DNA of 64,000 nucleotides from Naegleria gruberi (Eukaryota): NCBI GenBank assembly GCA_000004985.1, contig GG738873.1; one strand, 5' to 3'. Shown piece by piece: positions 59,305 to 64,000 of this stretch (position 1 is its first letter; each line of letters starts with the position of its first letter). The notes under the pieces were generated by a model. It saw only the letters and a program-made list of their open reading frames with translations, ran no database searches and was not told where the DNA came from. The position numbers and the translations under genes were made by a program.

Positions 59305-61941
59305 ATGAAAAGTCTACTTCGACTCAACAACAAGAACACTATTAAATTATCATCATCAACAAACACATCATCCAACATTGTGCACAACAATTCTAAACAA
59401 CAACAACAACTTAATTATTCTATCAACTCATCAAATACTATTAAAAAATCATGTCTCTCATCATCATTATCATTCCGAAATAATAAGAATCTTTTAAATA
59501 ATAACAACAATCAACAACACTATATTTATCATCAATATCATACTACTACCACAAATTGCAAAGATACACATTTAATGAATGAAAATTTCAATTCATCATC
59601 CATTCACAATGATCTTGATAATCCTAATCATGTCTATGATACAATTATAGTTGGAGGTGGACATTCTGGATGTGAAGCTGTTAATGCAGCACTTTTTCAC
59701 AATGCAGATACTTTAATGATTACTCACTCTAAAGATACAATTGGAGTTTTAAGTTGTAATCCATCAGTGGGAGGTGTTGGTAAAGGAATTCTAGTAAAGG
59801 AAGTTGATGCACTTGGTGGTTTAATGGGAAAAGTTTCAGATTATGCAATGATTCATTACAATGTTTTAAATTTAAGTAAGGGACCAGCTGTTTATGGACC
59901 TAGAGGTCAAATGGATAGATACATTTATAGAAATACAATGCAAAAAGTTTTTAATGAATATACAATGAAACACAAATTGAAAATTATTGATGGAAGTGTT
60001 GATAATTTAATAACTAAAAATGGTAAAATTCAAGGAGTAATTTTAAAAAATGGTCAAAAAATTTATGCCAAATCAGTAGTTATTACAACAGGTACATTTT
60101 TGAGAGGAGAAATTCATATTGGAACTCAAGTACGTTTTCCAGGTGGAAGAATTAGTGAAATTGGTACAGAAAGAACATGTGGAAGTTTAGCAGATACATT
60201 TTACAATGAATTTAAATTTGAAATGGGAAGAATGAAAACTGGAACACCACCACGTCTTCACAGAAATTCAATTAATTGGGATATTTTAACAGAACAACCA
60301 TCAACTAAATTTATTGAACCATTCTCATTTGAACATGATGAAAATACTTTTTATGGAACAAGAGTTCCACATTCACAACCTCACATGATGTGTTATGAAA
60401 CTGAAACTAATGAAAAAACACATGAAATTATTAGAAGTAATACAGATGAATTGGCAGATGAAGTTAGATTTGGTAATGGTCCACGTTATTGTCCATCCAT
60501 TGAAATTAAAGTGACACGTTTTCCACAGAGAACTTCACATCGTATTTGGTTAGAACCTGAAGGACATATTACAAATAAGGATGAAGCAAAGAAGCTACCA
60601 TATAATCATTATGCTAATGTCATTTATCCAAATGGTATTTCATCAAGTTTACCTCCAGAGAAACAATTGGAATTTTTAAAAACAATGAAAGGATTGGATC
60701 AAGTTGAAATGTTACAACCTGGATATGCAGTTGCCTATGATTTTGTTTCACCTAAAGTTGAAATTTCACACACATTACAAACTCACAAATGTCAAGGTTT
60801 ATTCTTAGCAGGTCAAATTAATGGTACAACTGGTTATGAAGAAGCTGCAGCTCAAGGTATTATTGCAGGTATGAATGCAGCAATTTACGCAAGAGGTGAT
60901 AATGAACCTTTCATTTTAGATCGTTCTGAAGCATATATTGGAGTTTTAATTGATGATTTAGTAACGAGAGGAGTTGATGAACCATATAGAGTATTCACTT
61001 CACGTTCAGAATATAGATTAATGTTGAGAGCTGATAATGCTGATTTAAGATTGACTGAGAAGAAATTTGAACATGGATTGAATAGTAAATCTGATAAGGA
61101 AAGAAATGAATTATTACAAATATTAGATTCTAATAATTCTAAATTTAATAATAGTAGTAGTTCAATGAATGGTAAAATTGATTTGGAAAGTATTAATCCA
61201 ACTCTAACAGGATCATCAATTTCACTCTCCAGATATGATAAATGTGTAAAGAGAAGAGAACGTATTGAAAATGTTCTTAATTTATTACATTCAGTTCAAT
61301 TCACTCCAAAGATTTGGACACAAATTTTAAATGATCATACTACTGGTAATGATATTGGTAAAAAGAAATCAATTGCTGACATTATATCACAACAACATGT
61401 TTTATCATTACATGATGTTAATTTTATTGATTTAATTGAAAAATCAAATTATTTATTTAATAAGAAACAACAACAACAACAACAACAGGATGATGAGAAT
61501 ACTATTAATACTATTAATGATGATGATAATATTGATGAAAGCAATGATGAAATTATATTAACAGAAGAAGAAAATAATATTCAACAATTAAATAGTGAAT
61601 TAATTTCACTTGCACAAGTATTAGGATCTAAACGTGATGAACAAAGTATTATATCAGAATGTAGATATTTTAAATTTTATGATCAATATCAAAGTGATAT
61701 TGAACAATTATCTAAAATGGAACATTTAATTATACCAGATACTATATATAGTAATATTAGTACTGAATTACCACAAATTTCAACAGAAGAAAGAACTAAA
61801 TTATTAAAACATTTACCAAAAACTTTAAGAGAAGCCTCAATGATTTCTGGAATTAGACAAACAACTTTAATTTCTCTAATGCAAATTACAAATTCAAAAT
61901 TAAGAAGAAACAATTATCAACAACAATATCAACAAGAATAA
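59305..61941 (+). CDS. mto1: tRNA uridine 5-carboxymethylaminomethyl modification enzyme MnmG/GidA family (mitochondrial MTO1 homologue)
   Basis: FAD-binding N-terminus YDTIIVGGGHSGCEAVNAALFHNADTLMITHS…LSCNPSVGGVGKGILVKEVDALGG. GidA-family blocks GPRYCPSIE and GLFLAGQINGTTGYEEAAAQG. Long N-terminal presequence/low-complexity, with poly-Q/N insertions near the C-terminus. Confidence 0.88.
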   Translation: MKSLLRLNNKNTIKLSSSTNTSSNIVHNNSKQQQQLNYSINSSNTIKKSCLSSSLSFRNNKNLLNNNNNQQHYIYHQYHTTTTNCKDTHLMNENFNSSSIHNDLDNPNHVYDTIIVGGGHSGCEAVNAALFHNADTLMITHSKDTIGVLSCNPSVGGVGKGILVKEVDALGGLMGKVSDYAMIHYNVLNLSKGPAVYGPRGQMDRYIYRNTMQKVFNEYTMKHKLKIIDGSVDNLITKNGKIQGVILKNGQKIYAKSVVITTGTFLRGEIHIGTQVRFPGGRISEIGTERTCGSLADTFYNEFKFEMGRMKTGTPPRLHRNSINWDILTEQPSTKFIEPFSFEHDENTFYGTRVPHSQPHMMCYETETNEKTHEIIRSNTDELADEVRFGNGPRYCPSIEIKVTRFPQRTSHRIWLEPEGHITNKDEAKKLPYNHYANVIYPNGISSSLPPEKQLEFLKTMKGLDQVEMLQPGYAVAYDFVSPKVEISHTLQTHKCQGLFLAGQINGTTGYEEAAAQGIIAGMNAAIYARGDNEPFILDRSEAYIGVLIDDLVTRGVDEPYRVFTSRSEYRLMLRADNADLRLTEKKFEHGLNSKSDKERNELLQILDSNNSKFNNSSSSMNGKIDLESINPTLTGSSISLSRYDKCVKRRERIENVLNLLHSVQFTPKIWTQILNDHTTGNDIGKKKSIADIISQQHVLSLHDVNFIDLIEKSNYLFNKKQQQQQQQDDENTINTINDDDNIDESNDEIILTEEENNIQQLNSELISLAQVLGSKRDEQSIISECRYFKFYDQYQSDIEQLSKMEHLIIPDTIYSNISTELPQISTEERTKLLKHLPKTLREASMISGIRQTTLISLMQITNSKLRRNNYQQQYQQE

Positions 61942-62738
61942 ATTATATTGAAGTGTTTTTAAGCTAGTGTGAGTAAAAAATCAAACATTAAATTTTCATC
62001 TCAAAAGTGGCATCTACATTACCATCCTTCAGACAATGTATTAACTCACTATATTCATTGCATTGAAGTGAAACAGAGAATTTCAATTTAGAAATGATGT
62101 TTTTTTTGAAGAAATTAAGTAAAATATAAGTTTGTTGGGAAATGTTGAATAGTAATTGAACAATTTTTGTGAATATTTATGTGTGAATATTATTTTTGTA
62201 AACGATTAATGTCATAAAATCATTTCCATTCTTGTTTGTGATTTGTCTTTAATCAAAACGAAAATAGAAAATATTGACAATTCTCCAACACTATCAACCA
62301 CCATTCAATACCATTCAACATTACATCTATTAAATACTTTTAACATCATTACAATAGATAACATAAAATCATCATCAATATCCAATGAATCTTATTAACC
62401 GGTTGTCCACCTCCTAAATAAGAATATTATTTCTCTTCCCGTTGACCTTGTTGACAAATCTCTGAGGTCCACAAGCCAATCAATCATTCACTGTTGTCTT
62501 TCTAAACGTCAAAAATATTTTAAAAAACACAAAAACAAAGCTCATTGTCATTCTTCTGTGTTGTGTGATAAATTAGCCTTTCTTATTGTTGTTGTTGAAA
62601 TAATAATTTTTAAAGCCTTTTTCTTCTTGTTGCACTTGATATTTTTCATTGATCAACATTCTCATATTGATAGTAGATAATTTAGTTTCGAATATTATCA
62701 ATAATATCATTTTGTGATTTCAATATTCTACTATTCTT

Positions 62739-62739
<1 letters not shown>

Positions 62740-62767
<28 letters not shown>
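62740..62767. repeat. (AAT)n microsatellite, ~9 units
   Basis: aataataataataataataataataata lies in the 5' intergenic region of the 62821 gene. Confidence 0.9.
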
Positions 62768-62769
<2 letters not shown>

Positions 62770-62820
62770 ACTTTAATAACGTACAATAGAACAACAATAC
62801 AAACTTTAGAATAGAAGAAA

Positions 62821-63864
62821 ATGAAAAATTCCGTTCTCTCACTTTTTAAAAAGAAAACCAATAATAATAATAATGAATCAGATGATAGCAACACAACTCC
62901 ATCATCACCACATAGTGGTAGTTTCAGCAATCTTTCAGATTTGTTACAAAGTGGAAGTTTAGTTTATAACTCACTTCCTGAAACAACTCTATCCTATGGT
63001 CATATTCAAACTCCTTTTAATGTATTCGAATTGAATAGAAGAATGTATCAAACTAATTCACAAGTTTTATTACAAAAACAAAATAATTCATCATCACCTG
63101 CCACCCCAAATGGAAGTAACAATAATAGATTGAGTTTAAGTCAACAACAAACATCATCACAACCAATTGCTTTAACTCCATCTCTATTAATGGGTAAGAG
63201 AAAGGAATTGAATAGAATTTCAACTCAATCACCAACTGCTGATATTACTCCACGTTCTTCTTCTCCTTCCATTACAACAACAACAACAACAACAAATATT
63301 ACTACTACAAATACTTCTAATGGTACAAATGCCAATACAAGTACCAATAATAGTTCAGCAACAACACCTTCAACACCAATTGCCACTACTACTTCCAATG
63401 AATCAACTGCAACTACAACAATTACACCAACAATTAAAACATCAGATAATGTTGTTACTACTGCTACTGCTACTGCTGTTTCATCAATTGTCAAGACAGC
63501 TTTGAGTGATCAAGAAAAATTAATTGGTATCATTTCAAGTTATCTCGTTCCACATAAGGATCATTTGAAATCTAGAGAATGTTTAACAAGTCAAAACTTA
63601 ATGTCAGTTTTAGTGTTAAATAAGAAATGGAATTCAATTTTAATGGCAAATGATTTATCAACTATTAATGATGATGTTGTTAAATTGTGGGCAATTTTAG
63701 TTGAAGAAATGTATGAACCTGCTGCTAATATTGAAAATGATCATATGAGTAAGAAATTTATTGAATTGTGTATGTTTTTTATTTATTTATTTGATTTATT
63801 AACTATTGACTCTTTAAATACTACTTTACAATTTTTATTAACACAATATTTACAAAAATATTGA
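62821..63864 (+). CDS. Hypothetical Ser/Thr/Asn-rich protein with a conserved-looking C-terminal globular segment. It may continue beyond 63864 via an intron, given the GTATGT at ~63769.
   Basis: 347-aa ORF. The N-terminal 230 aa are low-complexity S/T/N. The C-terminal segment LIGIISSYLVPHKDHLKSRECLTSQNLMSVLVLNKKWNSILMANDLSTINDDVVKLWAILVEEMYEP is non-repetitive. Confidence 0.4.
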   Translation: MKNSVLSLFKKKTNNNNNESDDSNTTPSSPHSGSFSNLSDLLQSGSLVYNSLPETTLSYGHIQTPFNVFELNRRMYQTNSQVLLQKQNNSSSPATPNGSNNNRLSLSQQQTSSQPIALTPSLLMGKRKELNRISTQSPTADITPRSSSPSITTTTTTTNITTTNTSNGTNANTSTNNSSATTPSTPIATTTSNESTATTTITPTIKTSDNVVTTATATAVSSIVKTALSDQEKLIGIISSYLVPHKDHLKSRECLTSQNLMSVLVLNKKWNSILMANDLSTINDDVVKLWAILVEEMYEPAANIENDHMSKKFIELCMFFIYLFDLLTIDSLNTTLQFLLTQYLQKY

Positions 63865-64000
63865 ATCTACTTGACAATTGTCTTAATATTTACTTTGGTG
63901 TGTTAAAACATTAATGATCTCTTGACTTGAACTGGATCTGCTTTGCCTCTTTGATGTTTGACATGTGATGTCTTGTCACTTGTGACCTTCCACCACAACG

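Noticed and set aside
62682-62930. 82-aa L-rich ORF on the minus strand overlapping the start of the 62821 gene and the (AAT)n microsatellite
   Set aside because: It is encoded by the complement of the AAT/AAA-rich promoter and 5' coding region, i.e. low complexity with no support.

Overview
This is an AT-rich, gene-dense eukaryotic nuclear segment, about 40 protein genes in 64 kb. Short spliceosomal introns (33-128 nt, GTAAGT-type donors, TACTAAC-like branch points), A-runs before start codons, Asn/Ser/Thr-rich low-complexity coding and the gene content (a RegA-type response-regulator cAMP phosphodiesterase, DUF4116 repeats) point to a dictyostelid social amoeba. The moderate A+T bias suggests a Polysphondylium/Heterostelium- or Cavenderia-like species rather than D. 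discoideum. There are no prokaryotic features such as operons or CRISPR.

Confident housekeeping genes:
- regA
- TFIIH p34/Tfb4
- GH38 alpha-mannosidase
- Fis1
- ABCE1
- PRPP synthetase
- PEX16
- SGNH esterase
- mitochondrial EF-G2
- MGRN1-like RING E3
- TFAM-like mitochondrial HMG-box protein
- actin
- RPS25
- RPL12
- adenylate kinase
- MTO1/GidA
- MYCBP
- a dispersed 5S rRNA gene with a T5 terminator

Features worth a second look:
- A tandem pair of motor-domain-only kinesin homologues whose P-loop, switch I and switch II are all degenerate (pseudo-kinesins).
- An inverted pair of secreted RGG/GGK-repeat proteins sharing a near-identical Cys-rich C-terminal domain; one copy carries a 1-nt frameshift in the repeat.
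- A 7-8TM protein with a C-terminal RGS domain.
- A receptor-type class-III cyclase homologue with degenerate catalytic motifs.
- A protein kinase-DUF4116 repeat gene interrupted by a single in-frame TAG.

The assembly is draft quality: an N-run at 20107-20201 and a single N at 20275. The ORF track's 'M' often corresponds to GTG/TTG alternative starts, and several tracks are exons of spliced genes that I reconstructed by hand.
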